A stretch of DNA of 64,000 bases from Octopus sinensis (GCF_006345805.1 NC_043006.1:22506001-22570000), one strand, 5' to 3'. Positions 13,303 to 27,332 are shown, counted from the first letter of the stretch. Numbers and translations are program-made. The notes: generated by a model from the sequence alone, not told the origin.

Positions 13303-13381
13303 TGTATATATGTATGTATGTATGTATGTATGTGTGTATGTGTGTATGTATGTGTGTGTGTATGTATGTATGTATGTATGT

Positions 13382-13451
<70 letters not shown>

Positions 13452-13535
13452 TACTGCAAATTTAGGGTGAATACTTGCTAAGTGTAAGCACCTGTATATA
13501 TATATATATATATTATATATATATATATATATATA

Positions 13536-13590
<55 letters not shown>
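13183..13590. repeat. (TATG)n and (TA)n microsatellites
   Basis: Direct reading. Confidence 0.95.
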
Positions 13591-13659
13591 GCATGTATAA
13601 GAAGCTATATTATTTTATTTTAACTAGATTATCATGTTTTTAAATCATAATAGTAAATG

Positions 13660-14760
13660 CATGAGAGTTGTACCCAAACGCAGAAATGGACATAACTTTT
13701 ATATTAACTAACATAGGTCGTTCAAATTACACATGTTGATAGAGTAATTCGTCTTCTTCTATGATTACGTTTCTCCCTGTTCTTCTTCACTGCTGACCAA
13801 AAATAGGTTCCAAGCAGAAGCAATATGCCGACATTGAATTCTTGACAAAGGATGAGTGCGAGTTAGTCCCATATTCACCAGAAAGCTGCAGACTGTTTAT
13901 TGAGATGACATCATTGATAACACCAATGTGTACTGATGGATTAGGAAGTTTAAAGAAGAGGAAACTGACATTGAAGGCAAATCACTCTGTGAGAGATCAT
14001 CAACTACGACGATTGAAATGAATTTCCAATGAGTGGACAAATTGATTCACTTGCACAGACGTGTCACAATCTGTTTGCTCACGCCACAACTGGACTGTGT
14101 CACAATACATTACAGAAAATGCTGGAAGTCTCTGGGTGTCGCAAAGTGTGTTCCAAGTGGCTTCCACTGTAGATGACACCTAATTTGAAAGACAGAATGA
14201 TAGAAGTCCGCTCTGATCCGTTCAAACGTGGGGATATATTCATGATCCGAAAACAAAGCCTCAGTACCTAGACTCTCGTCACATCTCTTCTCCAAGATCT
14301 AAGAGGCTCAAAAACAGGTGACAGACACAGAATATCATGATGACTGTTTTGAGGGGATGAAAAAAAGCGTCACTCTACTCGAATTTCTAGATGATAGCTA
14401 AACCGTGAATATTGAGCAGTACATTAGAATACTCAGAAGCCAAGAGGAAGAACCCGAACAAGATTCTGAGGATGGTCCACGTTCACCATTGGTAAATGCT
14501 TGACCACACACATCTTGGGCAACAAATCAGACAATCATTAAATTGGTATAGCTAATAGATACTCCTTCCGCCGTGGATCTGGCCACCCCTGATTTGCAAC
14601 TGTTCGTTCAAATGAAGGACAGTTTTCAGGGATTAATGATTTTGATGATAGACGAGGTGTAATTGGTGGCGAAGACGTAGGTAGAATACTGCACAACTGA
14701 ACATTTTAAAAGTGAATTCGAGGTTTGGGTTCAACGATGGCATGAGTGCAACGCTTGTGG
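13660..14760 (+). mobile_element. Decayed mariner transposase
   Basis: Broken-frame translation: KQKQYADIEFLTK, WIRKFKEEETDIEGK (HTH region), CRKVCSKWLP (WVPHEL-like), YSPDLAPSDF-like motif near 14560-14610. Confidence 0.75.
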
Positions 14761-14768
14761 TGGAAATT

Positions 14769-15435
14769 GAGTGTGGCTGTGTGGTAAGTAGCTTGCTTAC
14801 GAACCACATGGTTCCGGGTTCAGTCGCACTGCGTGCCACCTTGGGTAAGTGTCTTCTACTATATATTTCTTTATTACCCACAAGGGGCTAAACACAGAGG
14901 AGACAAACAAGGACAGACAAACGGATTAAGTCGATTACATCGACCCCAGTGCGTAACTGGTACTTAATTTATCGACCCCGAAAGGATGAAAGGCAAAGTC
15001 GACCTCGGCGGAATTTGAACTCGGAACGTAACGGCAGACGAAATACGGCAACGCATTTCGCCCGGCGTGCTAACGTTTCTGCCAGCTCGCCGCCTTTAGT
15101 GTCTTCTACTATAGCCTCGGGTCGACCAAAGCCTTGTGAGTGGATTTGGTAGACGGAAACTGAAAGAAGCCCGTCGTATATATGTATATATATATATATG
15201 TGTGTATGTGTGCGTGTGTGTGTTTGTGTGTCTGTGTTTGGCCCCTAACATCGCTTGACAACCGATGCTGGTGTGTATACGTCCCCGTAACTTAGCGGTT
15301 CGGAAAGAAGAGAGCGATAGAATAAGTATTAGGCTTACAAAGAATAAGTCCTGGGGTCGATTTGATCGACTGAAGGCGGTGCTCCAGCATGGCCACAGTC
15401 ACATGACTGAAACAAGTAAAAGAGTAAAGAGAGTA
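14769..15435 (+). mobile_element. SINE-A interrupted by SINE-B
   Basis: Head 14769-14863, remainder 15098-15435; 16-bp TSD AGTGTCTTCTACTATA at 14848-14863 and 15098-15113. Confidence 0.9.
14864..15097 (-). mobile_element. SINE-B, full length, nested in SINE-A
   Basis: Consensus match with perfect TSD. Confidence 0.92.
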
Positions 15436-15689
15436 TCTTTGTATTAGGAAAAACTTACTTTTACAAACGTGTAAGCTTTGAACGACCTACATCAGTTAAT
15501 GAAAAAGGTTAAGCCCACTTTCTCATTATTTCTACTATTACCCTCGTATAAGAATCTTATTAAGAATCTAAGTTTAACAATCTTTTGCTGTATACATTTC
15601 AAGCATACTTTGAGAGAATATACATATCTGAGTGTGTGTGTTGTGTGTGTAGGTATTATATGTATGCATATATGTTTGTGCGTGTGTAT

Positions 15690-16095
15690 ACATATATGTA
15701 TGTATGCATGCATGTGTGTATGTATGTATGTATGTATGCATGCATGTATGTATGTATGTATGTATGTATGTATGTATGTATGCATGCATGTATGTATGTA
15801 TGCATGTATGTATGTATGCATGCATGTATGTATGTATATGCATGTATGTATGTATGTAGTATGTATGTATGTATGTATGTATGTATGCATGTATGCATGT
15901 ATGTATGTATGCATGTATGTATATGCATGTATGTATGTATGTATGTATGTATGTATGTATGTATGCATGCATGTATGTATGTATGTATGTATGTATGTAT
16001 GCATGCATGCATGTATGTATGTATGTATGTATGCATGTATGTATGTATGCATGCATGTATGTATGTATATGCATGTATGTATGTATGTATGTATG
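15690..16095. repeat. (TATG/CATG)n microsatellite
   Basis: Direct reading. Confidence 0.95.
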
Positions 16096-16245
16096 TATAC
16101 ATATATACGACAGGCTTCTTTCAGTTTCCGTCTACCAAATCCACTCACAAGGCTTTGGTCGGCCCGAGTCTATAGCAGAAGACACTTGCTCAAGATGCCA
16201 CGCAGTGGGACTGAACCCGGAACCATGTGGTTGGTTAGCAAGCTT
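16095..16245 (-). mobile_element. SINE-A 5' half
   Basis: Consensus match, truncated. Confidence 0.85.
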
Positions 16246-16800
16246 CGTTGTTGATGTCCTTTTCTTACTGTGTATTTTTGGTACTTTGTCCCGTGTTTAC
16301 GTGTTTTTTCGCTCATTGGTGATGCCCTGTACTTAATGTGTATTTTTTATTTATTTATTTATTTATAATCGAACACCACGCAGCCTTGTCCACAGTAAGT
16401 TCTTATATATATATATAGCTATTCGGGTTTAAAGTTTGTTTACAGTATTCGGTTACCTGATGTCAGCAACACTCTAGATGCATATTGCACTGCGTTTACT
16501 TCAGGAACTTTTCTGTTTACAGAGTGATATAAAAGACATGCGAGAAAGAAAAAGGAACTTACAAGTCTCTTTTTTCATGATGATCGTTTCGACCCATGCT
16601 GTACAAACAATTGTGGTGCATCCCAAGCATAAAAATATTCATATGTAAACAAGCAAAATGGCAAATAAATCACCTGATGAGACACAAATGCATTACAAAT
16701 ATTTGTACAGCATCTTATTTGTAAGGTAGCAGTGGATGATGGGTCGAAACGATCATCGTGAATGAAGAGTATATAGTAATTTCCATTTTCTTTCTCATGT

Positions 16801-16854
<54 letters not shown>

Positions 16855-16944
16855 TAATAAATAAAATAAAATATATGCATACATACAAACATATATGTAC
16901 GTACCTACATCTACATGTGTATATACATGCATATATAAATATAT

Positions 16945-17180
16945 ACACGTGAGTACAGGACACCACAACTAGACGTAGAACTCAACGAGAAACGAAAACG
17001 GAAAAACCATTTTTTTACAACAGAAAAACAGAGTACAGGACATACTACACAAGGAAAAATCCCCTATCATCAGCGGTCACTAGTTCGACTCTAGCGTGTT
17101 TCGAAGGCAAGCCAGGACACGACTCGCCAAACTAATCCTTCCTGCGAGAGAATTAAAATAAAATTACCTCGCAGAGGGGT
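16945..17180 (-). mobile_element. Probable Penelope-like element terminus
   Basis: Minus strand carries TTCGAAAC...GTC...CTGATGA, repeated GTCCTGTACTC and a CTGCGAG/CTCGCAG hairpin between (TA)n tracts; class assignment is inference. Confidence 0.35.
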
Positions 17181-17181
17181 A

Positions 17182-17261
<80 letters not shown>

Positions 17262-17714
17262 GAGGGGAAGAGCGTCTGCAAACAATCAAAATTGACTAAG
17301 AAAAAATAAACATTAATAAATACTATTTACGGAAAAATAATATTAATAATAAATGGAATATAAAATGACTGGAAACTTGAGTTAAAATAGAAGTCATTGA
17401 ATAAACAACAGATGGACCATTAAAGTCAACTGTAGGTTTAAGAGCTACATCAGGTTCGCGATGAATTAGTATGAATTTCTTTACTTTGCTAATTCTCCTT
17501 CTATATAATGAACTGCCTCACGGTTCTACGATATCGATAATATTATTGAAGATCAAAAGTCGAAGTACAAAATAACATCAAGGGATGCTACTTTTGCATA
17601 ATTGAGAGCTTGTGTTCCTTCGGCAATGTCTTGTCTTTATCATCCTCATTATCTCAGCATTCACTCACATGAACTTCATCTTCTATTATTTCTTTTGTTA
17701 GTGTCATTCACCCT

Positions 17715-18048
17715 TGAAGGCGCGTGGCTCAGCGGTTAGAGAGTCGGGCTCGCAATCATCAGGTAGTATAGTTCGATTCCCAGACAGGGCTGTGTGTTGT
17801 GTTCTTGTGCAAAACACGTTATTTTCACTTTTCTCCAGTTCACTAATCTGTAGAAATGAGTTGCGACGTGACTGGTGCCAAGCTGTATCGGCCTTTACCT
17901 TTCTCTCAGATAACATCAATGGCGTGGAGAGTGGAGGCTGGTACGAATGGGCGACTGTTGGTCTTCCCCAAATAACTTTGCCCGGACTTGTGCCTCGGAG
18001 GGGAACTTTCTATGTGCAATCCCGTTCATGACCGAAGGGGGCGTTTAT
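17715..18048 (+). mobile_element. SINE-C group copy (CORE-like centre + third tail)
   Basis: GGCGCGTGGCTCAGCGGTTAG..GTTCGATTCCC head, TGTGTTCTTGTGCAAAACAC centre, tail unlike tails 1 and 2. Confidence 0.75.
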
Positions 18049-18496
18049 CCTTTTTTTTTTAATCTTTCATCCATCATTAACCCCGCATCATATAACAAGG
18101 TTCTGACTTCTGTGTTCTTTGCTTCGTCCACCCTCTAAAGTACACGACGAAAATCCGCTCACCCCAAAATTCTTCAAAACCGTATTCTAATCTTATAACG
18201 TACAAATGTTTTGGTTTTGTTTGTGGGGTTTTTTTTTGGTTTTTTCTTCCAAGCATTAGTCTCCAGTACCTTTCATGAGGCTGCTAAATAAAATATTGAT
18301 ATCACCGAGAGTTGTCCTCGTATGTCTTCCTTAAGACTTCCTTCTTCTATGCCTGTATGCCCAGCTAGTTTAGCAGTAACACTTTCAATTTCTAGACCAC
18401 AGACATTGTTACTTCAGATTCGTTGATAAATAAACCATTTAGACAGCTAGACAAACAGACAGACAGATACATACATACATACATACATACATACAT

Positions 18497-18527
<31 letters not shown>

Positions 18528-19889
18528 TACATACATACATACATACATACATACATACATGCATACATACATACATACATACATACATGTGTGCATACGT
18601 GTGTGCATACGTGTATGTATGTGTATAAGCGATTAACTTTACAAACTAATAAAATAATAATCAATACAAAAAAAATAGTGTATTATTTCATCAGAAATTG
18701 AAGTTTCTTGAATCGGAACGCTGCGTATTATGATGTTGATTATTTAAACGATTGAAAAAGAGAGAAGCGTGACAGTATATAATCAAAAATATTTGTTTAA
18801 AGATCCGCTTATGAGTATACAACCAAATTTGGTTAGTCGCTGAAAAACCTTTACAAAATGTTACACTCGTTCACATGTTCATGTGCACACTACATAGTAT
18901 ATTCCTCACGCAAAGCGCGTATTTCCTTGCCTTCAGTATGATATTTGTAAAGGGACTATTGCTAATAAAGTTTTTGGCGTTGAAAAATAACTGAGTGACT
19001 TTTTTCAGTATGTAGTAATCTTTCCAGTAAGTGATAATCTTTTCATTATGTGATCATCCTTGCCTGTAAAATAAAGTATTCTCCTACTGGTATTTGGAAA
19101 TACATCAGTAAATATCGATAGTATTGTTTGCAAGATTTCACCTGTTCGAGTCTTTCCTTCAACATCGCAAAAGGTTGTAATAGGATATTATACCTCGTTG
19201 AGAGACAAAGATCGTAACATCTGAAGCATTAAATGAAGAGGGAGGGTTGCTTGTCCTCTAATAGACCAATCGATTTATAATTGTTAATATTATCATCCTT
19301 CAAAAACACGAAACACATTTGGATAACGGTGGTGTGAGACGGTATTTTCTGAGTCTGAATGTACACTTATGTTGCTAAAATCGATTTTTAAAGGGATTTT
19401 CAGTAAATCCAGTATAGCGTTTTACTATTTTTTAACTTTAACTCCACAAATAAAGAATTTAGAAAGACATATACTATCGATAGAGGGACCAGATATAAAG
19501 TTGTAGCAATTACATAGAAGCAGGGAGTTTTGTGTGTTCGTATTAGGAAGTTTTCTATTATATTGGCTATTATTTTGATTTGTTACTTTCTTGAAGACCT
19601 AACTTTATGCTTTGTTCGTGTTATCTAGCTATTCGTATAAGCTTCTTTTTTTATTTTTTACAAGATATTTTTGTAGTCTTGCATTAGATATTCTATAATT
19701 CAATTGCAGATTATCCCAATATCTCTGTACTTATGGTAAATTTAATTTTCATATACCGAATTTAATGTGAAGTCTTCTAAATGTAGCCATTATTTTTCTA
19801 CATTACTATCTAGTCTTGCCAATTCGTTCAGCTTCTAGTTCAGAATATAAACTGTAACTTATTAGTAGAACAACCAGAATAATGATACC

Positions 19890-19939
19890 ATTATTATTAT
19901 TATTATTATTATTGTTGTTGTTGTTGTTGTTATCATCAT

Positions 19940-19971
<32 letters not shown>

Positions 19972-20020
19972 GCAACAACATCATCATCACCATCATCATC
20001 ATCATCGTTGTAGTTGTTGT
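19890..20020. repeat. Compound ATT/GTT/TCA/GCA trinucleotide array
   Basis: Direct reading. Confidence 0.9.
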
Positions 20021-20280
20021 TGTTTGCGTTTTGTATTAGATTAAATAATAATCTAATGCACATATCATAATTCTTTCTTTGGTGTACGAAGTAATCTGCC
20101 CAGTCATTGATTCCTAGGTATATTTGTGAATCGGTTTTTGATCTAATTGATTTATTTTTTTATTTATTTATTTCTCTTTCTTCCAGCTTAGCGCGGTGCA
20201 GTTTTCAAAATCAAATTTTATGTCATTTCCCCAACAGAATCTTTGAATAAGAATATTGAATATAACTGCATCTACGTAAC

Positions 20281-20361
<81 letters not shown>

Positions 20362-20384
20362 TATTATTATTATTATTTTTTTTT

Positions 20385-21209
20385 CTTCTTCTTTCAAATT
20401 TGCTTCTATTTCTTGCCGAGCGTCTTCCCGACTCCTAGGGCAAAGAAACTCATAGTATACATTGGTAGGCCATTAAACCAAACTCAATAGTTCGTTCATT
20501 TTTTTTTTTTAAGGTTAAATTAAAATACATGGGCAGTAACAGCTCTCACAGCGACAATGCTCTTCTCAATACGTGTGATGTACCAGTTAAGACAATCTTT
20601 TGCACTTCTTGCAGGGATGGTAAGCCAGGGATCATTCTCATATAATTTTCGGTTCCCTTCTTGATCATTCCTAGTGCTCCTACGATCACTGGTATTGTAA
20701 CCGCCTTGAGATGCCACATTTTCTCAATTTCAATGAGCAGGTCTTTATATTTTCTGAGCTTGTCAAACTCTTTCGCCGAGATATTATGATCACAGGGGAT
20801 GCTCATGTCGATCAATAAGCAAACTTTATTGTTTTGGTCTTTCACAACAATATCTGGTTTATTGGCCTTGATGGTTCGGTCTGTATGTATTGGAAAGTCC
20901 CACAGAATCGTTACATTTTCTCCTTCAGTTACAGCCTCAGGGTGGTGATTATACCACTTGTCGGCAGTTTTGATATTGTAATGCCGACTTATTAGCCAGT
21001 GTAGATATTTGCCAACTCTGTCATGTCTTAAATTATTCTCCACTGGTGCTAAGACTTTACATCCAGAGATTAGGTGGTCCACTGTTTCAATCATGTCCTT
21101 GCAGAATCGGCATTTTGGGTCTGCTCCATTTTTCATCACATTGGCCTGGTAGTTCCGGGTTAATAGGCTTTGGTCTTGAGCAGCCAGGATGAAACCTTCG
21201 CTCTCTGCT
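20385..21209 (-). mobile_element. 5'-truncated R4/Dong-like non-LTR retrotransposon (CCHC + restriction-like endonuclease), uninterrupted frame of about 220 codons plus 3' UTR
   Basis: EGFILAAQDQSL..CRFC..ETVDHLISGC (zinc knuckle), RHDRV, WDFPIHTDRTIKANKPDIVV..LIDMSIP..K..KY (PD-(D/E)xK type); TAA-type tracts on both sides. Confidence 0.9.
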
Positions 21210-21219
21210 TATTATTATT

Positions 21220-21305
<86 letters not shown>

Positions 21306-21579
21306 CTTCATCATTTTTTGTCTTTTACATGTTTCACTAAGACTGCAACCATGCTGTGGCGTCACCTTCAGGAAATTTAGTGGAACGAAAGGATCCAGCA
21401 CTTATTTTTAAAAAATTTTTTTTTTTTTTTTTTGAAGCCTGTGACATATTTAATTGGTTTCTTTTGCGAACTGCAATATTACGGAGAAGGAAACACTCCA
21501 GCACCGATTGTGAAGCGGTGGTACGGGCACAAACACAGACGCAACGATACACACACAGGTATGTGTGCGCGCGCGCGTA

Positions 21580-21710
21580 TGTATATGTACGACGGGCTTC
21601 CTTCAGCCTCACGACGCTGTGGTAGAAGACGCCCAATGTATCACACAATGGGACTGAACCTAGAACAATGTACTTGCGAAGCAAACTTCTTACCACAGGG
21701 CCACACCGAC
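21580..21710 (-). mobile_element. SINE-A 5' half, diverged
   Basis: Degenerate head match. Confidence 0.65.
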
Positions 21711-21724
21711 TTTGCTTTTCATAT

Positions 21725-21990
21725 TTTCTTGAAATTAACGTGCATGTGGCTGAGCACTCCACAGACACGTGTACCATTAACGTAGTTCTCAGGGAGATTC
21801 AGCGTGACACAGAGTGTGAGAAGGCTGGCCCTTTGAATTGCAGGTACAACTTATTTTTGCCAGTTGCGTGGACTGGAGCAAAGTGAAATAAAGTGTCTTC
21901 GTCAAGGAGAAAATGCGTCATCAGGAATTGAACTCTCGACCTTACGATCGTAAACCGAATACCCTAACCCCTAAGCCACGCACCTTCACC
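21725..21990 (-). mobile_element. SINE-C (CORE-like centre 2 + tail 1)
   Basis: CAGTCCACGCAACTGGCAAAAATAAGT followed by TGTACCTGCAATTCAAAGGGCC..TGTCACGCTGAA tail as in 44205. Confidence 0.8.
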
Positions 21991-22019
21991 AGGGTGAATA
22001 CAACAGAAGAAAAAAGTAT

Positions 22020-22428
22020 ATTTGTTTACTCTCTTTTATTCTTTTTTACTTGTTTCAACCATTTGACTGTGGCCATGCTGGAGCACCGCCTTTAGTCGAG
22101 CAAATCGACCCCAGGACTTATTCTTTGTACTTATTCTATCGGTCTCCTTTGCCGAACCGCTAAGTTACGGGGATGTAAACACACCACCATCGGTTGTCAA
22201 GCAATGCTAGGGGAACAAACACAGACACACAAACATATACACACACATATATTTATATATATACATATATACGACGGGCTTCTTTCAGTTTCCGTCTACC
22301 AAATCTACTCACAAGGCTTTGGTCGGTCTGAGGCTATAGTAGAAGACACTTACCCAAGGTGCCACGCAGTGGGACTGAACCCGGAACCATGTGACTCGTA
22401 AGCAAGCTACTTACCACACAGCCACTCC
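22020..22428 (-). mobile_element. SINE-A, full length
   Basis: Consensus match. Confidence 0.9.
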
Positions 22429-24259
22429 TACCAGAAATTTTTTAAATTTTATTTACACGTATTACATTTTTGCATCCAAAATGGCTGTCACACATAATTA
22501 TTCGATAAGACTAAACACTTCACCAGCAGAAAAAATGCAAAATCAAACCACATAACTAAATGTAGCAGAGGAAGAAAAACTAAACACCCTAGTGACCAAT
22601 TAATAGTAAAAATATGTCTCTTATATTCAAAAAAGTAATTTTGAAGACAGAGTAACAACAGTGTTTAAACGCGACCGAAGTCGACTTTGCCTTTTATCTT
22701 TTCAGGATGATAACCGGCTGAACACTATGGTAGATGTAGTCGTCTTATTTCAGCCCCTAAAATTGCTGGGCTTGTGGAAAATTTTCAAAAAATATATACG
22801 ACAGGCTTCTGCACAGTCTCCGTCAGTTGTATTTAGCTTTCCTTGAGATTTCAATGTATAAGCTCTAAAACTAAAATAGTTAGTAGGCGGCTATATTTGG
22901 CAATATATACTGAAGATGGTTGTTGGCGGTAAAATATATAGCAATGCTATACAGTATATTTTAATATTTAGCCAAATATCTTCGTCGTCTGATGGTGTCA
23001 AGCATACTTGCCTAAAGACAAATTTTAATTTTTGCACCTCGTAAAATTGCCATAAGAACATTCGAAAACTTTCTGTGGAATGTATACTGAGATTCAATTC
23101 TTCGGGGACACTTGCTTCATTGCAGTTGGAAGCTGTGAGTGTTTTCGGACTCGAGTTTGATGAGACCATTTTCATCTTTCGATTTCTTCACTGAAAATTA
23201 TTCCTGTTGCCATTAGCAATTATGTTCCTCCCATTCTCTGAAAATAACTTCTTGCATCATTTATATATCATGTATTTAACATTTGTAAATATTGTGAAGG
23301 AACATGTTAAATGTTGTCAATAAAACATGGTTGAAGAACCATTTCTCTTTTTCTTTAAAATTAACAAGTTAACACAATACTCGTTCAATACGTCTATCGA
23401 ATTCCACTCACAAAGCATTGGTTAACCCAAAGCAACAAAAGAAGATATTTGCCGAAAGTATCAGGCAGTGTTACGAAACCCTGAACAACGTGATTACGAA
23501 GCGAAATTCTTAATCGCACAACCATGCCTGATATGCCATGCATTGCTGCCTCTCAGATGAATTAAGCACAGCATTTTCTTCGTGTAGCCTATTTACAGTT
23601 AGATGAATCTAGTCATCAAAAGTCAACTGTCTTTCGTAAGAAAATAATAATGTACCGCCAGTAACAGGATGTAAATAGCTGACCTTTCTGTTTCTAACCT
23701 TTTACGTGCAGCTGTCAAGATACAAGTGAAATTATCATAAATATATTACATGAAAAAGAAAATCTTCAATGGTATCCTTAACGACCCTTTGAATTACAAG
23801 AGCCATTGAATAAAATATCAGGCTGTGAAATGGAGACATAATCATTCAGCTGTGTTATATAACAACATTTGTTTCTGTGAACCATTGTTTCTCTATGTAA
23901 CATTTTAAGGATAAATAATATATGGTTTAGATATAATATTCTAAAACAGTACAACGCGTTTACACTTTACGTTTGATTCATCAGTTATTCATTTCAAAGT
24001 TTATGCTCGTAAAATTTGCAAAAACAAATGTTAACCCTTTTGGTGAAATATTAAACAATATGTATTGTATATTCGTTGTATTGCAAACCCCGATTAACGC
24101 ACATTCGAATAGTGCACTTCTCCCGTCCAGTAGGTTACAAAAATTGCCACTGAATCTTGAAAACCATTGAATCTAAACTTCTATTGACACAATGTAACTT
24201 TCAAACGCCATGCAGAAAAGTGTTCTTCACGTTTTCTACTGAAACCACACACCCACAAT

Positions 24260-24623
<364 letters not shown>

Positions 24624-24918
24624 AGAAATTAAAATAACAATAATAACGACAACCGATTACCTCCCTTTATTTATCTACTTGTGAAGTCATTCACTTGTGA
24701 ATTTCATCACACACAACATGGACAAAATTTCTTCTTAAGAAAAAATATATATTCAAATAAGTAAAACATAATATCATGAATAGCGATAGCGAAACCGGTC
24801 GATATATTAAAAATTATATTAAAACTATGTAAGAGTGCGTATTTTCCTTCTTTAATTTCTTATATACATTACAACTCCCCACGTGGAGATAATCGAAATT
24901 CCTCTTTTCTGTTACTAC

Positions 24919-25005
<87 letters not shown>

Positions 25006-25899
25006 GTGTGTGTGTGCGTGTATGTATATATATGTATATATATACACACATGATGATCTCTCAGAGCTGTTTTCGCGTACCATATACACTCATAAGGCAT
25101 TGTTCAGCCCTGGGCTATAGTAGAAGACACTCTAGGAAGTCGTGCTGTGGGACTGATCTCGAAGCCATGTGGTTGCGAAACAAGGTTCTTAATCTTCCAG
25201 CCATTCCCAAACTGTGGTCACATTTTCGCCTACCTTTCTTATTCAATTACTTTGAAAAGTAGTTTTTAAAAAAAATAGCCTTAAAAAGTCACTCAGTTAT
25301 CTGGAAAATTCTTTAACCAGCATCTTCCTTTGTTGTTGTTTGATTAACATAGTTTCTAATTAGCACGCCGTTGCTACGCATATACCGGTCGTGCTAATCG
25401 GAGTTTGGTTACAGATTGAATTTGAACAGGTTTAATAAATACAACGTCTTTTTAGGGGCCTTTACGAGTTAACATTCTCGTGACGAACAAAAAGGTTATT
25501 CTAACTAATCAATAATATATATTTTATGTACGAAAACAATATCCTATTAAACAGCTTTTATAATCGTGACTCTTTATCGAATCCATTGAGACTTTGTTTT
25601 TAACCTGTGAACCTACGAGTACGCTTTAGCGGGCGTAATTTCATTTTATAACACAAGAAAATACAAAAGCGAGTGGCTGCAAGGATTTTGCGTTTACAGT
25701 TGAAAATGAGGATATTTCATCCAATATGCAAGCCATAAACACACAACGATGTAATTACACGTTTTTGCGTCTTCTAGTGATAAAATCAAACAGAATCGTG
25801 ACCGCTATAGCGTACTCGCAAATTCAAAGAATTGATATTTAAATTACAAATATGCTTCGTTCAAACGTGGTGAACTGACAGCTAATACCACGACCCAAA

Positions 25900-27332
25900 T
25901 TGATCATCATACATTTATCAAGGACCTGGATCAAGAAGCTTTTTATAAGTATCTTGGATTACACGAAAGGAAAGGGATTTAACACGGATCAATGAAAGGG
26001 AAGATCAGAAAAGAGTATTATAGACGTGTCAGAATTGTTCTGAGTACTGAGCTGAACTCCCAAAATAGAATGGCAGCTATAAACTCCCTGGCGGTACAAG
26101 TTGTCCAGTATAGCTTTAATATCATCAATAGAAATCCGAGTGAACCCCAGCATATGGACATAAAAACCAGGAAACTACTGATGCTAAACAGGATGCACCA
26201 CCCAAAATCAAACGTCCATAGGCTCTATCTCCCACGAAAGGAAGGCGGTAGAGGTCTAATCCAACTTGAAGTCAACTATAAAACGACCACGGTAGAACTC
26301 CGTACATCCAAAGTAACACCGACTGGCTGATACAGCTGGTAAGACAACACGAACAGAGTAAGAAGTGCGCTCAACCTCAAAGGAGGCATGTAAATACAGG
26401 CGAGAGCTTAATCTCCCTGATTAAGATGTTGATAAAGAGGACACATCACCCACTAAGGCAGTAAGCCAAACAGGAAAGCTTGAAGGCAATATCGAGATTG
26501 TGGCAAGAAAAACTATTGCATGGACAATGCCCCAAACGAGCTGAGAAAGCTGATGTAGATATGAGAAGAACCCATCCGTGGTTGCAGAATGCTTGTTTGA
26601 AAGCCGAAACAGAGTGATTTATCACAGCGGTGCAAGATTAGAGTCACTTCACTTGGAACTATCAAGCTAATGTCACACACAATGAGGTAGACACAAAGTA
26701 GAAACTTTGCAATGACAAACTTGAGAGTATTGACCACATTCTTGCTGGCTGCTGTCCTTACCCCTACAGAATATAAAACCAGGTATGATCGAGTTGGCCG
26801 ATATTCGCACTAGAGCATATCCCGCCACTATGACATCCCACAGCCTAAGAACTGGTATAAATACCATCCAGAACCAGTCACTGAAGGAGAGAATGCCACA
26901 ACTATCCAATGGGATCAAGGGGGTACATACAGACAAGTAAATAAATAACAGACCAGACATCATCATCAAACACATAAGACAAAAACATGCCCGATAATTG
27001 ATATGACAGTGCCTACAGATAGACACATCTCAGCAAAGGAATTTTAGGAACTATCGGAATATAAGGACCTTGAGGTTGAGATATCTAGAACGTGGAATTT
27101 AAAAACCAAAACCATCTCTGTTGTTATAAGTGCCCTGGGAATGGTCAAGAAAGATAGTGACAAAAGTTTTGACCAGTTCCCTGGGAAACCAGCTATCTAT
27201 GAGACTCGAAAAATTGTGTCGACATCAACCACCCACATTCTCAGGAAGTTTCTATCCATCTAATATATACGTGCCTTAAGTCTATGCTTGAGACAAAGTC
27301 AGTAGCTGAAGTGAAATGCAAATCAATTGGGA

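Noticed and set aside
17040-17110. Permuted (type II) hammerhead from GAAAC...GTC...CTGATGA
   Set aside because: Stems I and II cannot be closed convincingly; kept only as a possible Penelope-like remnant
18306-18391. Possible minus-strand exon EIESVTAKLAGHTGIEEGSLKEDIRGQLS
   Set aside because: Splice sites are only moderate, no recognisable domain, and such short open frames arise by chance
22891-23175. 94-aa ORF ending in a GPCR TM5-like stretch (IALLYILPPTTIFSIYCQI)
   Set aside because: Stops right after the hydrophobic segment, has no other TM motifs, and upstream splice phase gives a stop
25359-25398. Hairpin ATTAGCACG...CGTGCTAAT
   Set aside because: A 9-bp stem with a large loop is too weak to interpret alone
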